NCBI GenBank assembly: GCA_965222375.1
Contig: CBDCTZ010000005.1
Coordinates: 1-64,000 of the forward strand
Direction of reading: 5' to 3'
DNA from: Polyangiaceae bacterium
GTDB lineage: Bacteria > Myxococcota_A > Polyangia > Polyangiales > Polyangiaceae
DNA: 64,000 bases
Shown: piece after piece, positions 1 through 9,996 of the stretch
Layout: each line of letters begins with the position of its first letter
Position numbering within the stretch: the stretch's first letter is position 1
Translations under genes and position numbers: made by a program
The notes under the pieces: generated by a model
Told to the model about the DNA's origin: nothing
Databases searched by the model: none
What the model saw: the letters and a program-made list of their open reading frames with translations, nothing else

Positions 1-486
1 AGGGCGGGCGCGAGCGTGAGGGCAGGCGTGAGCGTGAGGGCGGGCGCAAGCGTGAGGGCGGGCGCGAGCGTGAGGGCGGGCGCAAGCGTGAGGGCGGGCG
101 CAAGCGTGAGGGCGGGCGCAAGCGTGAGGGCGGGCGCAAGCGTGAGGGCAGGCGTGAGCGTGAGGGCGGGCGCAAGCGTGAGGGCGGGCGCAAGCGTGAG
201 GGCGGGCGCGAGCGTGAGGGCAGGCGTGAGCGTGAGGGCGGGCGCAAGCGTGAGGGCGGGCGCAAGCGTGAGGGCGGGCGCGAGCGTGAGGGCGGGCGCA
301 AGCGTGAGGGCGGGCGCAAGCGTGAGGGCGGGCGCAAGCGTGAGGGCGGGCGCAAGCGTGAGGGCAGGCGTGAGCGTGAGGGCGGGCGCAAGCGTGAGGG
401 CGGGCGCAAGCGTGAGGGCGGGCGCGAGCGTGAGGGCAGGCGTGAGCGTGAGGGCGGGCGCAAGCGTGAGGGCGGGCGCGAGCGTC
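1..486. repeat. 18-bp tandem array (about 27 units, consensus GGGCGCAAGCGTGAGGGC), cut by the window start
   Basis: Directly visible; three unit variants (GGGCGCAAGCGT.., GGGCGCGAGCGT.., AGGCGTGAGCGT..); no spacers; lies just past the stop of the minus-strand gene at 505. Confidence 0.95.
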
Positions 487-504
487 GCGCCTTGGGCGTG
501 CGGC

Positions 505-1359
505 TCACGCTTTCGCTTCTTTGACCGGCGGCACTTCGACGCCGAACTCGTCGACGGATTGCTCCGCCACTTCAAGCTCCGTGTCTGCTGCGTTGGCCGC
601 GACTCGCGCTTTGGTGGGCTTCGCCGCTCCAGCCGCGCGAACCGCTTGTCCAACCTGCAGCAGTGCGTCGTCAGCGAATGTGCCGCGCCTTTCAGCGCGT
701 TGGGCAAGTAGTCGTTTGAATCCGATGAACGTGGCGATCGCCATCGCGACCCCGACGACACAGCCGACGGCAAGTACGGCGGGCTTGGCGGAGGTCACTC
801 CGATATCGACACCCTTGGCCACGAATGCCGCGATGAAGGCGCCGAGCAGTCCGGTGAACAGCCCGCTCATAGCCGAGAGGGCGCCGAAGCCGAACACTTG
901 CTGCCCCGCATTGGCCACCGTCTCGACGTAGCGGATGCGCGTCTGGCCATCTTCAGAACGGATCGTCAGCTTGGGCTCGATCAGCGGGCCCGCTGGCGTC
1001 CAGGTCAGCGTGCTGCCAACGGCGGACATGCGACCCGGGATCTTCATCGCGGCGGCAACGGTATCGGTGATCGCATCGAAACGCTCCGGTGCGAGCTCTC
1101 CATCTACGACGAGCTCGCGCTCGACTCGGAGCGCGCCGTCTGGGGACGGCTTCGGCGGCGCGCCACCAGCTTGCATCGCTCGTCGCGTGATCTCTGGGCC
1201 AATGCCCAAATCCGCCAGTCGTTCTTCCAGCTCTGCGACCGTCAACGCCTGACCCACATCGGCCTGAGGCTCGATGGCGGCTAGCTCGGCCGCCCGTTTC
1301 ACCACTCGCCGGGCTTCGTCAGCGGAGATGCGCCGCTCTCTGAAAGGTGAATCGCTCAT
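505..1359 (-). CDS. hypothetical membrane protein (two C-terminal TM helices)
   Basis: 284-aa ORF with ATG start; two hydrophobic segments; N-terminal EARRVVKRAAEL helix. Confidence 0.7.
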   Translation of the reverse strand: MSDSPFRERRISADEARRVVKRAAELAAIEPQADVGQALTVAELEERLADLGIGPEITRRAMQAGGAPPKPSPDGALRVERELVVDGELAPERFDAITDTVAAAMKIPGRMSAVGSTLTWTPAGPLIEPKLTIRSEDGQTRIRYVETVANAGQQVFGFGALSAMSGLFTGLLGAFIAAFVAKGVDIGVTSAKPAVLAVGCVVGVAMAIATFIGFKRLLAQRAERRGTFADDALLQVGQAVRAAGAAKPTKARVAANAADTELEVAEQSVDEFGVEVPPVKEAKA

Positions 1360-1461
1360 GCCTGCTCCGACGTGATCATAGCGAAAGGCTCACCTGAGGT
1401 TGGAGCTCAGGGCCCGAATTCGAGGGTTCTCAGTCTCGGATCGATGCGCACCCAGCAGCGG

Positions 1462-1575
1462 CCCCGGACGCGAACGCTCGAGAGTAGTGCCCCGAATCGG
1501 CCAGTGCCCCGACCCCGGACGCGAACGCTCGAGAGTAGTGCCCCGAATCGGCCCAGTGCCCCGACCCCAAAACCA
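1462..1575. repeat. two tandem ~51-bp copies of a REP-like element (GAGTAGTGCCCC...CGACCCC)
   Basis: Direct repeat 1462-1512 / 1513-1564 differing by one C; termini shared with the copies at 47233-47307 and around the intron. Confidence 0.8.
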
Positions 1576-1592
1576 ACAACGAACCTCACGGG

Positions 1593-2067
1593 CTACCTGG
1601 ACAGCTTGGAGCAGGAATGGGATTCGGCCTTCTTCAGCCCAGCCAGAACCTCCTTGCTGCTCTTCCTCGAAGCGGGTCGCTTCGGCCGAACCCGGCACGA
1701 CGGGCTTGTTCGCTTGAACAAAGATCTTCTTTCCCGTCGCGTTGAAGTAGCTGGTCGGTGGATGGGAGCAGCGCCGCAGATCTCCTCTGAACACGAAGAC
1801 CTGCGGTGCTTGGTCCGAATCGCGATACACGTCGATCAAGCTGAAAGGACCCGCGCAGGCGGCGTCTTTGCAGAGGCGTTTCAGCAAGGCTGCGTCGTCC
1901 GTGGGCGACTGATTAGTGGTGACGACCGTAGGCTCGTCAGTGGAACCCGCCGTCGGCGGGCTCTTGGCGGCTGTGGAGGCTGCGCTGGCCGCAGGAGACG
2001 TCGTTGGACCGGAGCCGCGATCGCACGCCGCGGCTAGCAAAAGCACCAGAGGACAAACCGCCCGCAT
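1593..2067 (-). CDS. secreted lipoprotein, probable frameshift near 1655
   Basis: Lipobox LAAAC; after EEEQ a shifted frame reads KEVLAGLKKAESHSCSKLSR* with better GC3 and stops at 1593. Confidence 0.55.
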
Positions 2068-2173
2068 CGAGCACAAGATAGGCCGAGCCGGGACTTGGTG
2101 TCGATCGAGGGCACCCTCCCCGTTGCCAACGTTTGTGGCCGAAAACCACAGCCCGTGCTACGAGCCGGCCCCT

Positions 2174-3209
2174 ATGGGGCTCAGATCCGGCTGGGACACT
2201 CCGCGCCTCGTGGCCGTGGAAACCACGAATCACTGCAACGCCAAGTGCGTGTTCTGCCCGAACAACGCCCTGGCCCGGGACAAGGGTCCCATGGCCGATG
2301 ACCTCTTCGACAAGATCATCGAGGACTGCCGCGAGTTCGAACTGCCCGCCATCGAGCCCTTCATCCAGGGCGACCCGTTTTCGGATCCGAAGATCTTGCC
2401 TCGGCTGGAGCAGATCCGCCGCCGCCTGCCCAAGACCAAGTTGCGGCTGTACACGAACGGCTACGGCATGACGCCCAAGAAGACCGACGCCATGCTCGAG
2501 CTGGGCATCGACCACCTGTACATCAGCGTCAACACCCTCGATGAAAAGAAGTACCGCGACGTGATGGGGATCCCGCTGGAGCGCACCCTGCGCAACATGG
2601 ACTACATCACCCAGCCCGGCATCCGGGAGCGCATCGCCAACAAGATCACGCTACGCATGACTCGCCTCGGAGACACGACTCTGCAGGAGCAGGGACGACT
2701 TCCTGCGCTACTGCAAAGACAAGGGCGTACGATCGTTCATCGTTGGGCTCTTCAACTACAAAGGCGACATCAATTCGGCCCTGCCCGTACCCAGCTATGG
2801 CTGCGAGCACGTGCACCGCCTCGACATTCTAGCCAGCGGTCGCGTCACCCTGTGCTGCATGGACCAAGACGGGGAGCATGGCTGGGCAGATGCCAACAAG
2901 CTCAGCGTGCTCGAGCTCTTCAATCACCCGCGGGCCATGCAATATCGCGACTACCACGCCAGCGGGCGGCGCAAAGAGATCGACCCTTGCGGGACCTGCA
3001 ACAACTTCTGGCCAGGCTTTCGAGGCCTGTCGCCGTTGCAAGCCGTGCGTACGGGCGCTGAGTACTGCGCCTACATCGCCAAGCATCGCCCCAGCGGGCG
3101 GCGACCTCCGGCGAAGGACGCGAACGGCGATGCTCTGGTCCAATTGATGACCAAGCATGCGGCCGCGACCGAACAGAAGAAACGCGAGCGCGAGGCCGCA
3201 CGCCCCTAG
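2174..3209 (+). CDS. radical SAM protein with SPASM/twitch domain, +1 frameshift near 2692
   Basis: CNAKCVFC (CxxxCxxC), GDP and YTNG motifs; removing one G at 2692-2694 joins the frame containing GC..H, LCCMD and PCGTCN. Confidence 0.8.
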
Positions 3210-3253
3210 CCGCCGCGCATAGCAAAAAATCCCGTCCTCCTCGTTTCGCCACC

Positions 3254-4390
3254 ATGCCGAAGGTCGTCATTGATGCACGCTCGGTCGTGAAGAAGAAGAG
3301 CGGGATCGGTAACTACACCGAGGCGCTGCTTCAGCACCTGATCCCCCTCGCGCCGGACTTCGAATTCACAGTGCTCCGCCATCCGGAGGCAGAGGCGCCT
3401 ATCGTCGATGCGCCCAACGTCACCGAGCGCCGCTTCGTCGGTGAGACCAAGTCGCCACAAACGGTTCTGCGCATGGGGCGGGCCTTGGATTTTTCGGAGT
3501 TTGACCTCTACCACTCGCCCGCGGATCTCGTTCCTCTGCGGTTGCGCTGTCCCTGGATCGTGACCTCTCACGACCTGATGTGGATTGAACACCCGGAATT
3601 GGCCAGCGCGTTCTTGCCCGTTCGCTTGGCCAACGGACTCTGGTATCGCGCCAATTTCGCCCACGCCATTCGCGGCGCGCGTGGGATCATCGCGATCTCC
3701 GAAGCAACCAAGAGCGCCATTGGTCGCGTTTACCCGCGGCACGTGCACAAGGTCAGCGTGGTGCACCATGGCATCGATCACCCGCGTTATTCCAAGACGA
3801 GTGCCGGTCCGCGCAGCCTGCTCGACAAGTGGCTCGGGCGACAAGAGCGCTATTGCCTGATCGTTGGCCAGGGTTCGCCCTACAAGAACCACCTCGGCAT
3901 GGTGCGCGCTTTCGTCGAGGCAACCCGAGACCAGCCCGAGCACAAGCTCGTGTTGGTGAGGCGCTTCTCTCGTATCGACAAAGAGATGAACCGGCTCCTG
4001 GCTCGCAGCGACGTGAAGCGCAAAGTCGTCGTGGTTCCCTTCGTTTCCGACGAAGAACTGCTGGCCCTGTACGCCCATGCCCGCATGCTCCTCTTCGTCA
4101 GTCACTACGAGGGATTTGGGCTTCCCGCCCTCGAGGCCCTGTGCATGGGCACACCGGTTTTGGCGTCGACGGCTGAAGCAGTGAGGGAAATCACCGCCGA
4201 CGGCGCCTTGCAAGTGGACCCGAAGAGTCACGACGCCATCGCTCAAGGGATCCGTCGCCTGGATCGTGACGAGACCCTACGTGCGAAGCTCGTGGCCGCT
4301 GGGACTCGGCGAGCCCAGGAGTTTTCCTGGGAAAAATGCGCAAAATTGAGCCTGTCGGCGTATCAACGTGCCCTCGGCTCCAGCGGCTGA
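3254..4390 (+). CDS. GT4 family glycosyltransferase
   Basis: SGIGNY, HDL, PYKN and YEGFGLPALEA motifs. Confidence 0.9.
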   Translation: MPKVVIDARSVVKKKSGIGNYTEALLQHLIPLAPDFEFTVLRHPEAEAPIVDAPNVTERRFVGETKSPQTVLRMGRALDFSEFDLYHSPADLVPLRLRCPWIVTSHDLMWIEHPELASAFLPVRLANGLWYRANFAHAIRGARGIIAISEATKSAIGRVYPRHVHKVSVVHHGIDHPRYSKTSAGPRSLLDKWLGRQERYCLIVGQGSPYKNHLGMVRAFVEATRDQPEHKLVLVRRFSRIDKEMNRLLARSDVKRKVVVVPFVSDEELLALYAHARMLLFVSHYEGFGLPALEALCMGTPVLASTAEAVREITADGALQVDPKSHDAIAQGIRRLDRDETLRAKLVAAGTRRAQEFSWEKCAKLSLSAYQRALGSSG

Positions 4391-4538
4391 CGTGGCGCCG
4401 ACAAAGCCGAAGCGCGCCGACCACGAGATGGTGCGGCAACGCCAAGCACCACGCGACGCGGCGCGTTACCTACATCAGCGGAATTTCGTGGACGCGAAAC
4501 GCGGCGCGAGCACGATCTTGGCGCTACTATGCGCGCCC

Positions 4539-6398
4539 ATGAAACGGCTGGTGCGATTGTCTGCGGCTTTTCCCATTGGCTTGTTCATCGCGGCGTCGTG
4601 TTCCGCGTCGTCCGGCGGCAACCAGCCAGGTGGTGGCGGCACCGGAGGCGGCACCGGTGGTGCGGACGGCGGCGCGCTGTGCGGCTTCTGCACGCTGCAG
4701 GACTACACGCCTTGTGTGAACGGACAGCCGGGCCCGCCCGAGACGTGTCCGGAAGCGTGTTCGCCCGGAGTTGGATGTACCAAGTGCATTCCCGACAGCA
4801 ACGTATGCGTCGGCAACGAAGTGCACAAATGCGCGCCGGATGGACAGAGCGCGGACGAAATCGTCGAAGTCTGCGATGTGAACGCGGGCGAGCTTTGCGG
4901 TGACGGCAAGTGCGGCACGGCCTGCGAGATCGCGGCGGACCAGCCGTCGAACGTGGGATGCGAGTTTTGGGCGGCGGACTTGGACCAACAGGATGGCGGT
5001 GGCAACGACCCCGCGAGCGCACCCTGGGGACTCGTGCTGTCGAATGCAGGCCAAGGGCAGGCCAACGTCACCGTGGAGATCAACAATGCGCCTCCCGGGC
5101 AGCCCATGCAGCTGCAAGCTGTCAAACAGGTCTCCGTGCCTGCGGGCGGCCTGGAAGCCTTCACGCTGCCAATTCGCGAGTTGGACTGCGGCACGCAACC
5201 CAATGACTACAAGTCTCCAGGCACCTGTCTTTCGTCGAGGGCATTTCGCGTCACGAGCAGCAACCCGATCGTGGTGTACCAGTTCAACGTCTTCGCCAAC
5301 GCGTTCTCGAACGATGCTTCGCTGCTGCTTCCAACTTCGGCGCTCGGCCAGATCTACAGGGTGATCGGTTGGCATGCGGGCCACCCCGCGGAGCCACCTC
5401 CTCCCTTCCCGTCGCTAGGCATCCTGGACCGCTCCTACGTCACCGTGGTGGGGACCAAACCCGACACGCAGGTCACGGTGCGACCGAGTTGGCGCATCAA
5501 GGGCAACCCACCCATCGCCGCGACAGGTCCCGGCGGGACGATCACGGCGACGCTGGGGCCCTTCGACGTGCTGAACCTCGAGACCGACGACGGCACGCTA
5601 CAAGATGATCAGACCAAGATCGCTGATTTGACTGGCACCGTAGTCGAATCCAACAAGCCCGTCGCGGTCTTCAGCGGCGTGGAGAGCACCTCGGTGCCCT
5701 ATGGGCACAAGATCCCGACCTATCCCGGCTGGGATTCGGGCGACACCTGCTGCCTGGATCATTTGGAAGAGCAGATGTTCCCGGTGGAGAGCCTAGGAAC
5801 CAAGTACGTGATCACCCGCAGCCCGGTGCGCTCCACCGGCGGTTGGAAGGAGCCGGACGTGCTGCGCTTCTTGGGCGTGGCGGAAACGGCGGATGTCACT
5901 ACGAGCCTGCCGGCACCCGACGACAAGTTCACCCTCAAGCCAGGCGATGTGCGCACCATCGCTGCCCAGGAGAATATCATCGTCACGTCGACCAAGCCGG
6001 TCATGATCGGTCAATTCCTGATCAGCCAGGGCTACATCCAAGGCGCCCTGACGGGAGATCCCGCGTTTACGGTGTTCCCGCCCGTCGACCAGTACCGGAC
6101 CGAATACGTCATTCTGACGCCGCAGTCGTGGTCCTCGAACCACGTCGTGATGTCGGCGCCCCAGGGCGCGACGATCTGGATCGACGGCAAGGTCTCGAAC
6201 TGCCCCAAGTTTCCGGCAGGCGTGATCGACTCGGTGACCTACGAATCCCACGTCTGTCCGCTCACCGAGGGCGTACACAAGCTCACCGGTGAATCACCCT
6301 TCGGCATCGTGGCCTACGGCTACGGAAGCGCGGGTTCCTATGCCTTCGCTGGCGGCGCAGACGTCAAACGCATCTACAAGCCACCGCCCATCCGCTGA
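4539..6398 (+). CDS. IgGFc-binding-protein-like lipoprotein with Cys-rich N-terminus
   Basis: Lipobox IAASC, Gly linker, SNVGCEFW, SNDASLLLP, DHLEEQ, GDPA, SYAFAGG. Confidence 0.8.
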   Translation: MKRLVRLSAAFPIGLFIAASCSASSGGNQPGGGGTGGGTGGADGGALCGFCTLQDYTPCVNGQPGPPETCPEACSPGVGCTKCIPDSNVCVGNEVHKCAPDGQSADEIVEVCDVNAGELCGDGKCGTACEIAADQPSNVGCEFWAADLDQQDGGGNDPASAPWGLVLSNAGQGQANVTVEINNAPPGQPMQLQAVKQVSVPAGGLEAFTLPIRELDCGTQPNDYKSPGTCLSSRAFRVTSSNPIVVYQFNVFANAFSNDASLLLPTSALGQIYRVIGWHAGHPAEPPPPFPSLGILDRSYVTVVGTKPDTQVTVRPSWRIKGNPPIAATGPGGTITATLGPFDVLNLETDDGTLQDDQTKIADLTGTVVESNKPVAVFSGVESTSVPYGHKIPTYPGWDSGDTCCLDHLEEQMFPVESLGTKYVITRSPVRSTGGWKEPDVLRFLGVAETADVTTSLPAPDDKFTLKPGDVRTIAAQENIIVTSTKPVMIGQFLISQGYIQGALTGDPAFTVFPPVDQYRTEYVILTPQSWSSNHVVMSAPQGATIWIDGKVSNCPKFPAGVIDSVTYESHVCPLTEGVHKLTGESPFGIVAYGYGSAGSYAFAGGADVKRIYKPPPIR

Positions 6399-6408
6399 CG
6401 GGCCCGGC

Positions 6409-7371
6409 CTAGGCCCGGCCGTAATCCAGGTCTTGCGTGATGTCCTCGGGCTCGAGACCGAGGCGGCGAGGCGAACGCGAGCTCAGGCTCGAGGGCGCGC
6501 CGGAGATTTTCGCGTGAAGGAAGTCGGCGCTCTCTTGCCACAGATCCCGGCGTGCCGGTTTGAAGAATCCAAAGTGCCCAACGCTTTCGGTTCCGAGCTC
6601 GGCTGGCTCGAAGCGCCGATGCGCGAGGTTCGCAGAACTCAAGGCACGGGTCAGAGCTTGCACGGTTGGCTTGGGCGCATATTCGTCGTCGGTGAAGGTG
6701 TACAGCAATAGCTCGCGATCAAACGCCGCCAAGCGAGCGCCCGCGCCCTGGATGTGGTCCCGCAGGTAGCCAGGGGACAGGCACCACTTGGCCCATTCTT
6801 CAGCCACACCCTTGGGCAGGTCCTCGCCGAGGCCAAGCCGACCCGGGGTGTAGCCCCAGAGGCCACTGACGAGGGGCAGCAGCACACCGAAAGACCCAAG
6901 CAGGCGCGCTTGCATCGCTGGACTGAAGTTGCGGTAGTAGCCGAGTTGCGCCCCGACCATGACGGCGCCCGCGACGTCCCGTGCCTCATCTATGATGCCC
7001 GCTAGCTGGCCACCGAAGCTGTGACCGACGGACAGCAGTGGCAGCGAGGGCGCCAGGTTTTTTGCGAATGCCAAGATCCCACGAGCATCCAACTCGGCCC
7101 ACTGCCGCACCGTGGCGTGAAAGCCCGCCAGCGCCATGGGTCGGCTGTCGCCCACGCCGCGGTAGTCGTAGCTGATCACCGCCAGCTTTCGGCTGGCGAG
7201 ATACTCCGCATAGGCGCGATAGAAGCGTTGCGGCACCGCCATCGCGCCGTGCACGACGACGAAGCCCTGCGCCCGCGCCAAGTCGCCGTAAACGCGTACG
7301 CCCAGTTGGTAGCCATCTTCGGCGGCGACGCGATGCACCGCGAAACGTGGCGTAGTCTTTTCTTGCTGCAT
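6409..7371 (-). CDS. alpha/beta hydrolase
   Basis: DYRGVGDS, GHSFGG nucleophile elbow, DDEYAP, GHFGFF. Confidence 0.85.
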   Translation of the reverse strand: MQQEKTTPRFAVHRVAAEDGYQLGVRVYGDLARAQGFVVVHGAMAVPQRFYRAYAEYLASRKLAVISYDYRGVGDSRPMALAGFHATVRQWAELDARGILAFAKNLAPSLPLLSVGHSFGGQLAGIIDEARDVAGAVMVGAQLGYYRNFSPAMQARLLGSFGVLLPLVSGLWGYTPGRLGLGEDLPKGVAEEWAKWCLSPGYLRDHIQGAGARLAAFDRELLLYTFTDDEYAPKPTVQALTRALSSANLAHRRFEPAELGTESVGHFGFFKPARRDLWQESADFLHAKISGAPSSLSSRSPRRLGLEPEDITQDLDYGRA

Positions 7372-7579
7372 GCATTTCAGTCTTGGGCGCAGCGCGCGGG
7401 GTGTCGCGCTGCAAGATCGCAGCTCGAACCTGCAGCGGCCTGATTTGGCCGTGTTCCAGCGGGAGGCGCGGCCGCACAGGCTCGCATCGGGCGGCTTACT
7501 CTAGAGCGTCGTTCACAAAATGACAGCAACCCCCGCGCACCCGGCGCGAGGGTTGCTCGTTGCGTGACCGCTCAGATCA

Positions 7580-8263
7580 CTAGGTCTTGCTGCCGCCAAT
7601 CCCGATGAAACCACCGAAGCCCGGGACGCCACCCTTGCCTCCGATGCCGATGAAGCCGCCGATGCCAGAGCCGCCCGTACCGACGAAACCGCCGAAGCCC
7701 GGCAGACCGCCCTTGCCTCCGATACCGATGAAGCCACCCGTGCCGCCCGTGCTCGGGAAGCCACCGAAGCCCGGCAGACCGCCCTTGCCTCCGATACCGA
7801 TGAAGCCACCCGTTCCGGCCTTACCGCCGGTTCCAGGCTTGCCACCGATGCCGATGAAGCCACCGGTGCCAGGCTTGCCACCCGTGGCCGAACCACCGCT
7901 ACCCGACGTGCCGCCCGCGCCCGCCGAACCGGCACTGCCTGCCGAACCAGCGCTGCCCGCGGAGCCCGCACTTCCAGCCGAACCCGCACTTCCAGCCGAA
8001 CCCGCGCTACCAGCCGAACCGGCACTGCCCGCGGAACCGGCACTGCCTGCCGAGCCGCCGCTGCCTGAGGCTCCTGAGGTGCCGGAGTTTCCTCCGGAGC
8101 TGCTGCCTGCGGAGCCGCTGCTCCCAGCGCTACCCCCACTGCTGCCGGCATCTTGCCCGCTGCCTCCCGTGCCCCCGGTGGAGGAATCGTCACTGCTGCC
8201 GCACGCGGCGGCTGCAAGTCCAAGCGCCAATATCGAAGTAGCCCAAATGTGTTTCGCTGCCAT
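7580..8263 (-). CDS. Gly-rich low-complexity lipoprotein with GSA and GGFIGIGG repeats
   Basis: Lipobox LAAAAC; repeats differ at synonymous positions in this frame; start could also be 8281. Confidence 0.7.
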   Translation of the reverse strand: MAAKHIWATSILALGLAAAACGSSDDSSTGGTGGSGQDAGSSGGSAGSSGSAGSSSGGNSGTSGASGSGGSAGSAGSAGSAGSAGSAGSAGSAGSAGSAGSAGSAGSAGSAGSAGAGGTSGSGGSATGGKPGTGGFIGIGGKPGTGGKAGTGGFIGIGGKGGLPGFGGFPSTGGTGGFIGIGGKGGLPGFGGFVGTGGSGIGGFIGIGGKGGVPGFGGFIGIGGSKT

Positions 8264-8428
8264 GCCAGTAGAATGGGTCATTACGGGCTCATAATCAATG
8301 ATTCGGCCTTGATCGTTTTCTAAGCGGATCCTGATCATGCGGGCGAACTGGACGGATTTGACGTTTCGGAAGGCCCGGGCGGCCGCCGAACGCCGCGCAG
8401 CGCCGGGAGTCGGCTATGCTGCCCGGGC

Positions 8429-9319
8429 GTGCTGGATTGGGACGATTTGCGGCATTTCTTGGCGGTCAGCCGCGATAGCACCCTTGCACGCGCGGCCCGA
8501 AGCCTGAAGGTCAACGCCACGACCGTCGGCCGTCGCCTCGCCGCCCTGGAAGAGCGCGTCGGCGCGCGCCTCTTTGATCGAACTCCCGAGGGCTATCTCC
8601 TCACCCAAGCGGGGCGGGATCTGCTGCCCTACGCGGAGCGAATCGAAAGCGAGGTTCTGGCCGTGGAGCGCACCGTGGCCGGCGCGGACCAGCGCCTTAC
8701 GGGCACGGTACGAGTCAGCGTCACCGAGATGATCGGCACGCGTTTTATCGCTCCCCATCTGGACGAGTTTGCGGCGGCCTACCCGGAAATGACCCTCGAC
8801 CTGAATTGCACTGCCCGTAGCGTCAATCTTGCCCGCCGCGAGAGCGACATCGCGCTTCGACTGGCACGCCCGCGGGAGCCCGACACCGTGATCAAGCGCA
8901 TGGGCAGCGTGCGCTTGTCTCTCTATGCGTCTCGAGGCTATCTGGAGCGGGTCGGGCGGCCGAAGGACCCGGAAACGAGTCTTGCCGGACACCGCGCCCT
9001 GCTGTTCGCGGATGCACGGCCCTTCGCGATCGAAAACGAGTGGTTCGAGGCGCGCCTGGACGGCGCCCGCATCGTGCTCCGCTCTGACAGCGTCAGCTCG
9101 ATCGTCTCAGCCGCTGTCAACGGTCTCGGGATCGCCCTGTTGCCCCGCTCGGTGGCCAGCGGTGAACCCAACTTGGAGCGCTTGCCCACCGAGTCCGAGC
9201 CGGAACCCCGGGTGATCTGGCAGGCGATTCACCGGGAACTGTCGCGCTCCCCGCGGATCCGGGTGGTCGCGGATTTCCTGTCCTCCATCGTGGGCGATGG
9301 CTACGCAGCGCCCTCCTGA
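8429..9319 (+). CDS. LysR family transcriptional regulator
   Basis: WDDLRHFLAV HTH, LEERVGARLFDR, DIALR; 296 aa. Confidence 0.92.
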   Translation: MLDWDDLRHFLAVSRDSTLARAARSLKVNATTVGRRLAALEERVGARLFDRTPEGYLLTQAGRDLLPYAERIESEVLAVERTVAGADQRLTGTVRVSVTEMIGTRFIAPHLDEFAAAYPEMTLDLNCTARSVNLARRESDIALRLARPREPDTVIKRMGSVRLSLYASRGYLERVGRPKDPETSLAGHRALLFADARPFAIENEWFEARLDGARIVLRSDSVSSIVSAAVNGLGIALLPRSVASGEPNLERLPTESEPEPRVIWQAIHRELSRSPRIRVVADFLSSIVGDGYAAPS

Positions 9320-9459
9320 AGCTTAAGCGGCGAAATTTATTAATCTTTTTGCGAAACAAGGGACCGCGCAAGCGCAGCGCCGAAAAGGGCTTATGCGGGC
9401 CCAGGTGAAAGAGTAGTCTGCCGCCCGCCCGCCCGGCCGAGGCCCGGGCAAAAGAGCCC

Positions 9460-9996
9460 ATGGCACTCATTGGTTTCGGCATCATCGCGGCCTGTCTGCT
9501 GCTCGCGGCCATCTTCGTCGTCACGACGAAGAACCTGGTCCATGCCGTGCTGTGGTTGGCGGTGACCCTGATTTCGACCGCCGTCCTCTACGTCATGCTC
9601 AGCGCTCCGTTTCTCGCGGGGATCCAGGTGCTGCTCTACACCGGCGGTGTCATCACGCTGATGCTCTTCGGCGTCATGCTGACCCGCAGGGATCAGCGCA
9701 CCCTGGTCGAAAACGACGTCAACCCGCGGAGGCGACCCCTGGCCCTGGCCACGGCTCTGGGGCTCTTTGCGCTGATGGCCTTCGCCATCACCCAAACCAG
9801 CGGGCTGCCCGAGGCGCCATCGACCAGCCAAACGACGACCAAAGACATCGGCAAGTCCTTCCTAGGTGAACACCTCCTGGCCTTCGAGATTCTGAGCGTG
9901 CTGCTGCTCGCCGCGATGATCGGCGCCATCGTATTGGCGCGTCGATACGACGACGGCGCCGAGCCCAAGCGGCTGGTCCAGAGGAAGACGGCGTGA
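9460..9996 (+). CDS. nuoJ: NADH-quinone oxidoreductase subunit J
   Basis: IQVLLYTGG and FEILSVLLLAAMIGAI motifs. Confidence 0.9.
   Translation: MALIGFGIIAACLLLAAIFVVTTKNLVHAVLWLAVTLISTAVLYVMLSAPFLAGIQVLLYTGGVITLMLFGVMLTRRDQRTLVENDVNPRRRPLALATALGLFALMAFAITQTSGLPEAPSTSQTTTKDIGKSFLGEHLLAFEILSVLLLAAMIGAIVLARRYDDGAEPKRLVQRKTA

Noticed and set aside
1..486. CRISPR array, or the 231-aa (SVRAGA)n ORF at 16-711
   Set aside because: No unique spacers and no cas genes; the ORF is a by-product of a stop-free 18-bp unit and overlaps the gene at 505 on the other strand
2174..4390. RiPP cluster around the radical SAM/SPASM gene
   Set aside because: No precursor peptide, RRE or transporter nearby; the neighbour is a GT4, suggesting glycan modification
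7587..8294. Pro-rich plus-strand ORF and other long antisense ORFs (e.g. 10518-11984, 24053-24667, 36024-37490)
   Set aside because: Shadow frames of real genes in high-GC DNA, with no motifs of their own
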